Source: Macrostomum lignano (taxonomy: Eukaryota). From it: DNA of 64,000 nt. Made by a program: the position numbers and the translations under genes. The notes beneath the pieces were generated by a model. The model was not told the origin of the DNA. It ran no database searches and saw only the letters and a program-made list of their open reading frames with translations. The DNA lies in NCBI GenBank assembly GCA_002269645.1, contig NIVC01003075.1, forward strand, positions 57,233 to 121,232. The letters run 5' to 3'. This document shows positions 33,388 to 48,640 of this stretch, piece after piece (within the stretch, counting starts at the first letter, position 1; every line of letters starts with the position of its first letter).

Positions 33388-34820
33388 TTAAGCCAGCTGG
33401 ATCATCATTCGCATGCTCTTCAGCGCAGTTTTATCCTGGGCTGCGGTGCCACCCCAGTGCATGCTTTCGTGGTGAACCACAGCAGAGTTGAAATAGATCC
33501 CATTCGGAACGGACCTGCTACAGTGATTGCACCACCAGCCCGAGTTTCCGCGCTGAGTGGCACAAAAGCTATGGCCCTCATCGTTGTCGCGGTCCATGGT
33601 AGAGAACTGCATTCCATTCAGATTAACAAGTGGGTTGCTAGTCGTGTTGGAGCTATTGCTCAGTTACGAAGTGTAGGTCATTCTGTAGTTGGTGCTGGCA
33701 TCGGCCACAGAGAAGCCGGAGTGCTCGCTGACGTACAGCTCATCCGACCAGGTGACGGCCTCGACTCGTAGAAGCTTCGGTGAGCTGCCAGTTAGCTTGT
33801 GGATTGTGCGAAGACCTAAAATTACAGTTGCTTTTGTTACCGTCGTACCATTCCTCCACGGGAGTACGACGTTTGCTTGCGGGAAGTTTGCTTGCCGAAC
33901 TTTGCTTGCAGGAATTTTGCTTGCCGAACTTTGCTTGCCGAGCTTTGCTTGTGGCATTTTGCAATTCGGCAACTCGGCAATCTGCAGAAGTTTGCCGAGA
34001 TTGGGCAAGCAAATTTCGGCAAGCAGACTTCGGCAAGAAAATTTCCGCAAGCAAAAGTCCCGCAAGCAAACTTCTTGCAAGCAAATTTCATAGACCCTTC
34101 TTCCACACATAGCGTTTTATTCCTATATTCCCCGGCCTTATCTCATTAAAACAATTAATTCTGCTTACCGATCCAGAAGTCTGTCTCATCTCCAAATCCG
34201 TCCTCATACTGAGTCCATCCCCTGGCAAAGCTGAGCTCGCCCTTCGATCTGTGCTAGATCACTTGGAATGTCTTGCCGTCAATCACAACTATCTTTTCTG
34301 AAATAGACGCAAAATTTGATGTTCGATGTAAAGATGTTCAGTGTAAATATTTTTATGGCTTTTAATTAATACAAGCTACAGTTTATTCGCGTATTTGTTT
34401 AAATCCCATTTAATTTCCCCACAACTCACTATCGCTGTCGATGCTCTTTCGATAAACCAAGCCGCTAGGAGCGGCGGATGAGAAGTCGGCATTCTGCGTC
34501 TCCGTGAGCAGGCAGACCTTACTCTCAGGGACAAAGGCGAAAGCGGAGCAGTATTGCATATACGGGGGCTCGCATTTCATCGCGCAATCGACAACGCTTC
34601 GACCAGGCTCTGACGTCATCGAAGCAGCTATGGTTGGCGAAACCTCGGCAGCCGAAAGCACTGAAATATGAAAACAATTTGTCTTCCAATTTTTCACTCA
34701 TCAAGTAGGCTTTCAGCAAGAAAATTTTACAATTGACCTACCCGACTGTGAGCTGGCGGCAGTCAGAATCGGAGACACGCAGTTCAAGAGAACTGCAGCA
34801 GCAATAAGAGAAGCAGACAT
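33388..34820 (-). pseudogene. Secreted PAN/Apple + fibrinogen C-terminal (FReD) domain gene with two in-frame stops
   Basis: Exons 34820-34742 (signal peptide MSASLIAAAVLLNC), 34660-34430 (PAN: DCAMKC...YCSAFAF...CLL), 34297-34169 (FQVI*HRSKGELSFARGWTQYEDGFGDETDFWIG) and 33815-33388 (...S*L...FSTMDRDND...CA...GWW...C...NG.Y...LKSMRMMI). Stops are TAG at 34254-34256 and TAA at 33664-33666. Confidence 0.88.
33860..34097. mobile_element. Foldback/Mutator-like MITE in the FReD intron
   Basis: GGG...CCC ends with inverted arrays of ~15-bp TTTGCTTGC/GCAAGCAAA subunits. Flanked by a 9-bp duplication with one mismatch (TTCCTCCAC / TTCTTCCAC). Confidence 0.8.
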
Positions 34821-35496
34821 GTTGCAGAAGAAAGCTACCAAAAGCAAGCGAGAAGCCTCTCTGTTTCTGGGTTGACTTAAGTTGGCCTTCTTATTTGCAA
34901 CAGAAAGCCTGCTACAGCGGCGCTAATTAGCTGAAAACTGCATGCTGCTTGAGTAGATGCGTTGCTATGCAAGGATTTCAGAAACATCCTCATCATCCCT
35001 CCCTCGGCTCCGCTTCCCTTTTGTCCATGACGAACCCTTGCTTGAGGGATTCCGAAAGCAAATGCCAATTAAGCAAACTAAGACAGACTTTTTAGACCGC
35101 ATGACAGGTGACGATGCCTTCACTAGTTTAGAACGTGTTGTTTAATGTTTCTAGGGCCTCACCAACTCATCCGCATTAACTAAAGAGGTTGGCTTCCATT
35201 CAAAGGCTGAAAACTGCTTAGGAGATTCCGTGAGTAGCTGCATGTAGGTCTGCTGGATGTCAATTAAGGAAACTACCATAAAAACTCATAGACTTGTTGA
35301 GGCTGAGCTAAAGGCCCATTTTGGCAAACACAATGCCCAGTTAACTACAATGCATCTTTGGAACTTTCGGCTCCTTGTCTTTTTTTCTACATGCAACGCC
35401 GTTCCCTCATTGGAGCTTCAAACGAAGCGGTGGTGCAAGTAAAGCGTAATGGTCTTTTGGATGAAATGCTGAATATACCATTAACGCCCACAAAGC

Positions 35497-36145
35497 ATGG
35501 TGGTACCAATAGACGTATATATAGACGTACACGTGTGGGCAGGGATTTCAATGCGAGGCAGGACCCAGCTGGTTTTCTTAGACGCAAACGTGAACGGCGA
35601 TGAGTACGCTCGTTTGCTGCAGACGCATCTGCTCCCTTTTGTTAACAACCACTTTGGTGGCGTCGCAAACTGCATACTGCAGGACGATAATGCACCGGCG
35701 CACCGGGCAGCAGCTGTCAGCGAACTCAAGGACCAGCTGCACCTGCGTACTCTTCGGTGGCCTTCAAGATCCCCTGATATGAACCCAATTGAACATGTCT
35801 GGGACTTTATCAAGCGGAGTGTTCAACGGCAGAATCCGCCGCAGACAGTCGCTGAACTGCGAAACGCTGTTGCTAACGCGTGGCAGGAAATTCCCCAGGA
35901 CTTTTTTCGACGCCTTGTTCTGGGAATGCCACGTCGAGTCAACGCCCTGTTACTTGCGAGAGGAGGCTACACGCGTTTCTGAAGCTCGATTTGAACCATA
36001 GACTATGCGCTTTGACTCTTCTGAGTGAGTTGATTTTTCTTCTAGTTAGAGTGTTGCGTTTTAAATGTTGCTGAGTGTATGTCCGAAGGGCAAAAAGTTC
36101 ATGAGACAATAAAAAGGGAATGCTTTAACTTTTTTGATGATGCTG
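35497..36145 (+). mobile_element. 5'-truncated Tc1 (DD34E) element fragment
   Basis: VWAGIS...LQDDNAPAH...WPSRSPDMNPIEHVW...GGYTRF-stop(35982), with D-34-E spacing. The right end ...AACTTTTTTGATGATGCTG|TA is at 36145. No matching left TIR was found. Confidence 0.9.
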
Positions 36146-36256
36146 TACATGTAAGGATGCCTTAAAACCGACCATTGAATCTCTCATGAAAGTAGGCATT
36201 CTAGTTCGTTTTAAGGAAAATACAAAAAAATCATCCTCACTAAATACTATGTGAAT

Positions 36257-37114
36257 TGTAACGTTTGCCCTTTGCTTCGGTCCTATCGATTTGCCTGAAA
36301 ATAAACCTAAAACGTTAGCCTTGACTTGGTAGGGTTGCTGCCACCTTGGTGTGCGGACTGGACGCGTCGGCAGAGTTGTCTATCCGTCACCTGAAATAAA
36401 ATTAACGAAGACACTCGGGGCAAAGGCCAAATCTGAAAATGTCTCGACAGTCGATCGTCTTAGTTGAATGCTGCTCGGACCTGAAAACCTGTAAAACCTG
36501 AAATGAGAGAGGAGAGCTCGGAGGCAGAGGCTTCACGAGTTAGCCACAATGCTCCGCGAGACGACGCCGTCTACGAACACGGTCTGGAGAAAATTGGCTC
36601 AGATGCTCCGTATTTATAGACGAGCGGACCCCCAAAAGTCACGTGAGTTTCATGCGGTGAGCGCGTGAAACTTCCTTATTTGGGCATTGAAATCATGCGA
36701 ACGACGCGTGATTCAAGGCCAACTTCCAAATAAGGCAATCCTGTCACGCATCAGTGGCGTGACTCAAGGTCAGTGGCCACGCTCAGAGTGCGTGCACAGT
36801 CACGTGCTTATTCTGTGCTAAAAATAGAACATGGGCGGATGAGTCATCCTGTTTACTCCCTCTAGGCAGCCATTATACTCCGCGCAGGTGATGAGTCATC
36901 CTGCTACGCCTCCTCAGCGCGAGTGGGAAGACATTGAGTGTGGCTGCCCGCGCCCGCTCAGGCGATGAGTCATCGGGCAGTAAACACTTAGGCCCAGCAC
37001 AGGGTAACTCTCTCACTAGCTCAGGTGGACTGAGATACTGTGCAGCGGATCACAGCACTCTTAAGGACAGCTAGTGAATGCTGCTGAATAGCCAGTTAGC
37101 AGCCAGTCACTACA
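36257..37114 (-). mobile_element. Solo LTR (858 bp), probably Gypsy-type
   Basis: TGTA...TACA termini with an exact 4-bp TSD GAAT on both sides. TATAAA is on the minus strand near 36613-36618, and a motif-rich U3 lies at 36640-36980. Confidence 0.85.
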
Positions 37115-38269
37115 GAATTATGGCATAATATTATTGTCGCACATGTATACAATCTTTGTACGCCGTGCTTTTAGGTCCGGGGAATGAAATGTATATCACC
37201 AGTGATGCATTCTGACTGTTCTGACTGTTCTACATTCTGACCATATGATATTTTAGCCTACTGTAATTTGGTAGCCACCCTGGTATAATGAAACATTTGG
37301 AACCGCCATTTTCCCAGGAAATTTCGTCTGGCTGTGATTTGGAAAGTCGTCAGCCTATTAGACTCCTATGAGTAATATATATGATGAAAGGGTGCATACT
37401 TTTATGCTTTCCGTATATTGAAAATAAAAGAATGTATTAAAACAGAGAAAAAGATGTGTGAATTACACGGTGGCAAACGGCTGATGAGGCATGCTGATGC
37501 TGCGGAAGTCTTGATGCATAGGGACGGATTCATTATGGTAATGTACTAAATACGAGTTACTACATTTAGCTATGTGCCATCCAAAACATGTGCACTGCAT
37601 CCATTTCCGTCTAAAGTAGTCTGGTCAGCCTTACATGTAGATCTTCACTCTTTTCACTAATTAACAACAAAGGAAACATGAGCATAGAAGTGACAAGCTT
37701 GTAAGACTCAAGAGCCGAATTAGCTTCGTTGCTTCCACACGATGCATCACTTTTCGCCGCCGGGATAGGAAACGGTGCCCGTGTTGATGAGGGACGAGGT
37801 TGACATTAACGGCAATGTTAAAAGAGCCAAGCAAGAATGAGCCGCATAGAATGGCCTCTTTTAATGACCATGACCATTTCTCATGTTCGCTAGCAACCCA
37901 TTCTCTCCGTTAAAGTGCACAGCGCATGTGCGTCTGCGGTTGAATTGAAACCTGAAGCGATCGGGGGGTTGAGGGCATTAGGCTGGACATTGGGACATTA
38001 GAGATTAGAGAACTCCTAGAGCCTCTCATAGAGCGCGTTTTGATCAAGGTCGAGTAATGTTCTATTAGATTTGGCTTCTAGACATGCGAAAAGTTCACTG
38101 ATGCACCTCATTAAACCTGAAATAAGACTAGCTTAGACCATTTACGGATAAAGCTCAATAGAAATAGGCTTAGTTGAACTTGGCTAATATTTTATTAGAC
38201 CTTTAATAAGGCTCTCTACACATTATAATATATTAATAACTACAGGAGGATTACGAGCACCCTGGTGCA

Positions 38270-38430
38270 ACGTCTTCAGCGACATCGTTGTGTACACTCT
38301 GTGCGTTGGGCTTGGCCTTCATAGGTGTGAATATTGAACGACAACGATAAATGTGATCGGGCTCAGAATTAAACCAGGGGTTGTGGCGCAAGAGTCAGGT
38401 GCGTTCACCGCTGAGCTGCTCCCCGCTCTT
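38270..38430 (-). mobile_element. tRNA-derived SINE (second family), degenerate
   Basis: Minus strand GGGGAGCAGCTCAGCGGTGAACGCACCTGACTC...CCTGGTTTAATTCT resembles A box and degenerate B box. Confidence 0.5.
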
Positions 38431-39359
38431 CTCAGCAGATCTCAGCTAAAGCAGAATTGAGTCACTTTCTAAGGGCCTTGCAGAGGCTGTTTAGATTCTA
38501 CAGACCAGAATTAGACAATAAAACCATGAATTAATTATTCATCCAGGCACGAGTGCTTCATTTTAAAGAAAATATCTAAAGATAAGCAAACGAAATAGTG
38601 CGAGAGAGAGAGAGAGAGAGAAGTCAATTTAGGAACTGTGACATAGCAGTGACGAGTGCAGTTAATCTCCATGCGAGCATCTCAGAATTTGCTGGATTAC
38701 CTCCTGGATGCCAATAAGATGACTGGGAATCGCAGATGTAGGTGAGAGGGCGACACCGATGCCATCCCCATGGGGTATTTTGCGTGCCTGGCTTAAACCT
38801 GCTCTCTCGTACTCTTCATATCTCAGTGAAAGCCTGCTAGTGTTGTATACGCAGAGTAGACATGGGAGGCATGAACATAAGCTAAACCCAGCGAATTTCG
38901 GGTTTTCCCCCTAGGGGCCTAGGGGATGGGAATACGAGAGTGAAAATTACAATATCTCCGGGCCTATCTGCTATGCACAGTTCTGAGTCCTGGCTTTGAG
39001 CATCGGGCTGATGAAATATTAAACAGTTTATTGGCTGAAATCTACCTAACTGTCCAAACGTACTTGCAGCAACTGCTCTTTCTTGACTCCTCTATTTCGA
39101 CTAGCTTTCTGTAGTCTGTATGTGAAACTCTCTGTGTCGTTAGTGAACTAAATCTTGAATTAGAAAGTGTTCTAATAGAAAGATTTGGATGAACGAAATA
39201 TTTTGCTAGAAAACTGCATCATCTTCAGAGGTTTCGACAGCGGCACATACGAGTCGAACGTCTTTTAAAAAGGGCGCTTAACGCTTAGATACTCGTACTG
39301 TCGCTTGATAGCAAAATTCATAAATGAATTCACAAACAACTGAAAATTAACAAAATACG

Positions 39360-39950
39360 CCACTTCACTTTAACATCGTTTCCATTGACGTTAATTCTCT
39401 TAACATCGCTGCACTTAACGTCACTTCACTTAGCGTTACTTCACTCTAACATCGTTTCCATTAACGTCACTTCACTTAACGTCACTTCAATTACCATCGC
39501 TTCCATTAACGTCACTTCACTTAAAATCACTTTACTTACGATCGTTTCCATTAACGTCACTTCACTTAGCATCACTTTACTTAACGTCACTTCACTTAAC
39601 GTCACTTTACTTACTGTCGCTTCCATTAATGTCACTTCACTTAACATCACTTCACTTAACATCGTTTCCATTAACGTCACATCACTTAACATCACTTCAC
39701 TTGACGTCACTTCACTTAACGTCACTTCACTTAACATCACTTCACTTGACGTCACTTCACTTAATGTCACTTCACTTACTATCGCTTCCATTAACGTCAT
39801 TTCACTTAACATCACTTCACTTAACAACACTTTACTTAACATCGTTTCCATTAGCGTCACTTCACTTAACGTCACTTCACTTCACATAAATTCATTTAAC
39901 GTCACTTTGCTTAACATCGCTTCACTTAACATTGTTGCACTTAACGTCGC
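39360..39950. repeat. Minisatellite, 15 bp unit (TCACTTCACTTAACG)
   Basis: About 38 degenerate copies; the overlapping ORFs are artefacts. Confidence 0.93.
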
Positions 39951-40810
39951 TGAACCAAGACGACATTCTATAACATGAGTTAATTGTTGTAATAAATTTA
40001 ACTGGTAACTTCATATTGATACTCGTACTCGTAGCCACCTAAAACCAGTGTGGCAATATATGTAACCACGGCCACGCCTAATTACGAGTAATTTGTCAGT
40101 CCTCAGCTCTACAAGCGTACTATTTGATGGTTTGTGTTCAATATGAAAGCGTAAAAATATTGCCAAGGCCAGCTGGAATTAACCATATTGATAGAGTGCG
40201 AGGGACAGGAGGGTTAGCGATAAAGAGGATGAGAGAGAGAAAGGGATAAATTGCCAAAATTTAGAGTGCTGAGAGCTTCACCATGCAGGCTTAAGCTCTG
40301 TGGGTTTGATATTTTGGCATATAACGGAGTGTTTCTGGAGCAGAGAGAGAACAGCTGACTTTTACAGAGGGAATGAACTGGAGACGCGATTGCCAGTTTC
40401 GTATTGGCTCAGAGGTCTCTCTTTGTTATAATGGAGTTTTCCCAGCCAGCCAGTCAGCTAAGACCCGTCCGTGAGTTCTGTCCACGCAAAGCTTTTTGAC
40501 TTGAACAAGGGAGCTCTGGGCAGTTGAAAGGGTCGGATAGACAAGCCTAGCAGCGCTGTCGATCTATACTCTAGTCTGTCGCATGAATTAGTAAAGGCGC
40601 TGCTGGATCGGCGTCAGCTTATTGGTCTGTGTATACTAATTCCCAACTCCCAAGATAAGGCTCTGCTTAATTGATCTGTCTTATCAATAGGGACCTCGGA
40701 CAGCCGGTAGCGCAAGAGGAAGAAAGAGTCACTTCCAGAGTTGCCGCTGGCTGAGTTTTTATACTTTGGTTTCTGACCCTAACCCTAACCTTAGCTTTGA
40801 TTCAACTGGA

Positions 40811-44900
<4,090 letters not shown>

Positions 44901-45049
44901 GTTAGCGTTAAATGCAACGGTAGGTTCTGACACAAATTCGGGATTGATAACTAATTTTTTATTCATAAATGCTTGATTCTATTTAGCTTAGGTGTACGCA
45001 AGGAATTTTAATTGGAGGGGCCGAAACAGTTCCAATATTTGCTGTCTAG

Positions 45050-46660
45050 GTGGGCGCCCCTGTCTCTTGGTGGGCGCCCCTGTCTCTTGGTGGGCGCCTC
45101 TGTCTCTTGGTGGGCGCTTCTTTCTCTTGGTGGGCGCTTTTTTCTCTTGGTGGACGCCCGTGTCTCTTGGTGGGCGCCCCTGTCTCTTGGTGAGCGCTTC
45201 TTTCTCTTGGTGGGCGCTTCTTTCTCTTGGTGGGCGTCCCTGTCTCTTGGTGGGCGCCCCTGTCTCTTGGTGAGCGCTTCTTTCTCTTGGTGGGCGCTTC
45301 TTTCTCTTGGTGGGCGTCCCTGTCTCTTGGTGGGCGCCCCTGTCTCTTGGTGGGCGCTTCTTTCTCTTGGTGGGCGTCCCTGTCTCTTGGTGTGCGCCCG
45401 TGTCTCTTGGTGGGCGCCTCTTTCTCTTGGTGGACGCCCGTGTCTCTTGGTGGGCGCCCCTGTCTCTTGGTGAGCGCCCCTGTCTCTTGGTGGGCGCCTC
45501 TGTCTCTTAGTGGACGCCCCTGTCTCTTGGTAGGCGCCCCTGTCTCTTGGTGGGCGCCTCTGTCTCTTGGTGTGCGCTTCTTTCTCTTGGTGGGCGCCTC
45601 TTTCTCTTGGTGGACGCCCCTGTCTCTTGGTGGGCGCCCCTGTCTCTTGGTGGGCGCCTCTGTCTCTTGGTGGGCGCTTCTTTCTCTTGGTGGGCGCTTC
45701 TTTCTCTTGGTAGGCGTCCCTGTCTCTTGGTGGGCGCCCCTGTCTCTTGGTGAGCGCTTCTTTCTCTTGGTGGGCGCTTCTTTCTCTTGGTGGGCGTCCC
45801 TGTCTCTTGGTGGGCGCCCCTGTCTCTTGGTGGGCGCCCCTGTCTCTTGGTGGGCGCCTCTGTCTCTTGGTGGACGCCCGTGTCTCTTGGTGGGCGCCCC
45901 TGTCTCTTGGTGGGCGCCCCTGTCTCTTGGTGGGCGCCCCTGTCTCTTGGTGGGCGTCCCTGTCTCTTGGTGGGCGCCCCTGTCTCTTGGTGGGCGCCCC
46001 TGTCTCTTGGTGGGCGCCTCTGTCTCTTGGTGGACGCCCGTGTCTCTTGGTGGGCGCCCCTGTCTCTTGGTGGGCGCCTCTGTCTCTTGGTGGTCGCTTA
46101 TTTCTCTTGGTGGGCGCTTCTTTCTCTTGGTGGGCGTCCCTGTCTCTTGGTGTGCGCCCGTGTCTCTTGGTGGGCGCCTCTTTCTCTTGGTGGACGCCCG
46201 TGTCTCTTGGTGGGCGCCCCTGTCTCTTGGTGAGCGCCCCTGTCTCTTGGTGGGCGCCTCTGTCTCTTAGTGGACGCCCCTGTCTCTTGGTAGGCGCCCC
46301 TGTCTCTTGGTGGGCGCCTCTGTCTCTTGGTGGGCGCTTCTTTCTCTTGGTGGGCGCCTCTTTCTCTTGGTGGACGCCCGTGTCTCTTGGTGGGCGCCCC
46401 TGTCTCTTGGTGGGCGCCCCTGTCTCTTGGTGGGCGCCCCTGTCTCTTGGTGGGCGCCCCTGTCTATTGGTAGGCGCCCCTGTCTCTTGGTGGGTGCCCC
46501 TGTCTCTTGGTGGGCGCCCCTGTCTCTTGGTGGGCGCCCCTGTCTCTTGGTGGGCGCCCCTGTCTCTTGGTGGGCGCCTCTGTCTCTTGGTGGGCGCTTC
46601 TTTCTCTTGGTGGGCGCTTCTTTCTTTTGGTGGGCGCCCCTGTCTCTTGGTGGGCGCCCC
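45050..46660. repeat. Minisatellite, 20 bp unit (GGTGGGCGCCCCTGTCTCTT), ~80 copies
   Basis: Direct inspection; the long ORFs over it are repeat artefacts. Confidence 0.98.
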
Positions 46661-47022
46661 GTTAAAAAAAAGTATTTGTGCAATATCACTTTAAGCCTCA
46701 CTAGAGAATTCTTAGAGTCACCAGCAAATTCAGTCATGGAAGAGTAGCGAAATCAATCACAACTCACAAAGCGATTTTTGAACTGGAATTTACGAGACAC
46801 GGGAGCCAAACAGTATAGAGCTCTGCAAAGCTAGATAACTTTTACTGCAGCTTCAAATTGTACTAACTAAGCTGAAAATTATGTCCTGGAAATTTCCAAT
46901 CCAGAACTACAGCGCACCATGTCACAGCCATAAACTGGCCGTCGACACAATGAGGACTGCGAGACCAAAGATTCCTCGCGGGAATAGGACATCTTGGAAA
47001 TTCTACCAAAATTCATCAAGTT

Positions 47023-47320
47023 TTGAGCGTCGGACTCACGACTGAAAGGTCGGGGGTTCGATTCTGAACCCACACGAAACAATTTGTGCCCTTGAGCAAG
47101 ACACTTTGACTCTGCATTGCTTCAGTTCACCCAGCTGTAAAATGGGTGCCAGCATTAGCTGGGGTAATTGAGGGTGTGTGGCGACCCCCCAGTCCTTGGA
47201 CTGAACAGCCGTACGCAGCCTTCAGATGCACCGCGCAATAGCTGCGGCTGAGCTGTCGGTTGCCCATCTTCCCATTAGTCCAGGTGTACTTAATTATTAC
47301 TATTATTATTATTATTACTA
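47023..47320 (+). mobile_element. tRNA-derived SINE family A, slightly 5'-truncated, with (TAT)n tail
   Basis: GAGCGTCGGACTCACG...GGGGTTCGATTC, core CCTTGAGCAAGACACTT...CAGTTCACCCAGCTGTAAAATGGG, and a TAT-repeat tail. Confidence 0.9.
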
Positions 47321-47969
47321 ACGTCAGTAAAAGCACTATTTCAGTGCGAAATCGTACTCACTAGAGGGCCAGTTGTTTACGGGCAAGAATCGTAAATCTA
47401 AATCAGCCATGATAGCTTAAGAACAAAATTACGTCTGTGCAGATTAACGTTTTGTATTTTGGGTGCACAATTTTTTGGAGCTTCTGCCTTCTCATGTATA
47501 TTTTCAGAAAAATTTTAAGCCTGACCGAAAATCTGATTCTTTTAGTTGTAGGGGCTTCGTCTTTGAGAAGGCCTTGCAATTCACACACACACACACACAC
47601 ACAGCTTTTGAGCTGACGGCCCAGAGGGAGGGAGAGGGTGGGAGAGAGAACAGAGGAACAGAAAGAAATTTGAGTGATTTGTGCGAAGCCGCGACCCAAC
47701 TCCGGAAGTCGAGGCATTGAAAAGCACTTCGGAGGTGGAGCGAAAAGATTTTCTTCTCGCGAAGAGTAACTGAGGAGCAGCTTGTATTGTAAATATGATT
47801 ATTTTTATGGTATATGGAAGCTTGACTGACTGACCTGTTTCATACCTCTATTCTCAAATCGGCTGCGACGTAGAATAGTGCTTTGTAGAATATAGATGAC
47901 TCATTGACGGAGAACGAACATAGAGCGTAATCTGTTAGACTCAGTGGAGTAATATACGTAGCGCAAACT

Positions 47970-48640
47970 CGGTAGAGTAGATTTGGTAGAGAAGACGAGT
48001 ACTCGTAGAATCGGTAGAGTAGACTCGAAAGAGTAGACTCTTAAGATTACATGTAGACACGGTAGAGTAGACTCCAAAAAGAAAACTCCAAAAAGTAGAC
48101 AAGTAGACTCAGTAGAGTAGACTCCAAAGAGTAGAGACGGTAAATTAGACTCTAGAGAGTAGACATGTTAGAGTAGGCTCCGAAAAATAGAAAAGTCAAC
48201 TCGGTAGAGTTGACAAGTAGACTCAGTATGGTAGATGATTAGACTCGGTAGAGTAGACTCCAAAGAATAGACTCCAAAGAGTAGACTCGGCAAAGTAGAC
48301 TTGGTAGATTAGACTGGGTTGAGTAGATTGGGTAGGTCAGACTTGGTAGAGTAGACTCGGTCGACAAGACAAGTAGACTCGATAGAGTAGACTCGGTAGA
48401 GAAGACAAGTAGACTCGCTAGAGTAGACTCGCAACAGTAGACTCTAAAAGAGTACATGTAGACACAGTAGAGTAGACTTCAAAAAAAACTCCAAAAAGTA
48501 GACAAGTAGACTCAATAGAGTAGACTCCAAAGAGTAGACTCCAAAGAGTAGACTCCAAAAAGTATATTCCAAGGAGTAGACTGGGTAGAGTAGACGAGTA
48601 GAATGGGTACAGTAGACTTGGTGGAGTAGACTCCGTAGTC
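47970..48640. repeat. Degenerate ~9-10 bp repeat (AGTAGACTC)
   Basis: Direct inspection. Confidence 0.9.

Noticed and set aside
33664-34256. Stop-codon reassignment or readthrough (TAG=Gln, TAA=Tyr) in the FReD gene
   Set aside because: TAG, TAA and TGA all act as normal terminators in other ORFs in this window, and additional missense decay points to pseudogenisation.
34880-35490. N-terminal half of the Tc1 transposase or another transposase remnant
   Set aside because: Short broken ORFs with no convincing HTH or DDE motifs and no left TIR; origin unassigned.
40775-40792. Telomere-like CCCTAA repeats
   Set aside because: Only 2-3 units; compatible with chance or a trivial interstitial remnant.
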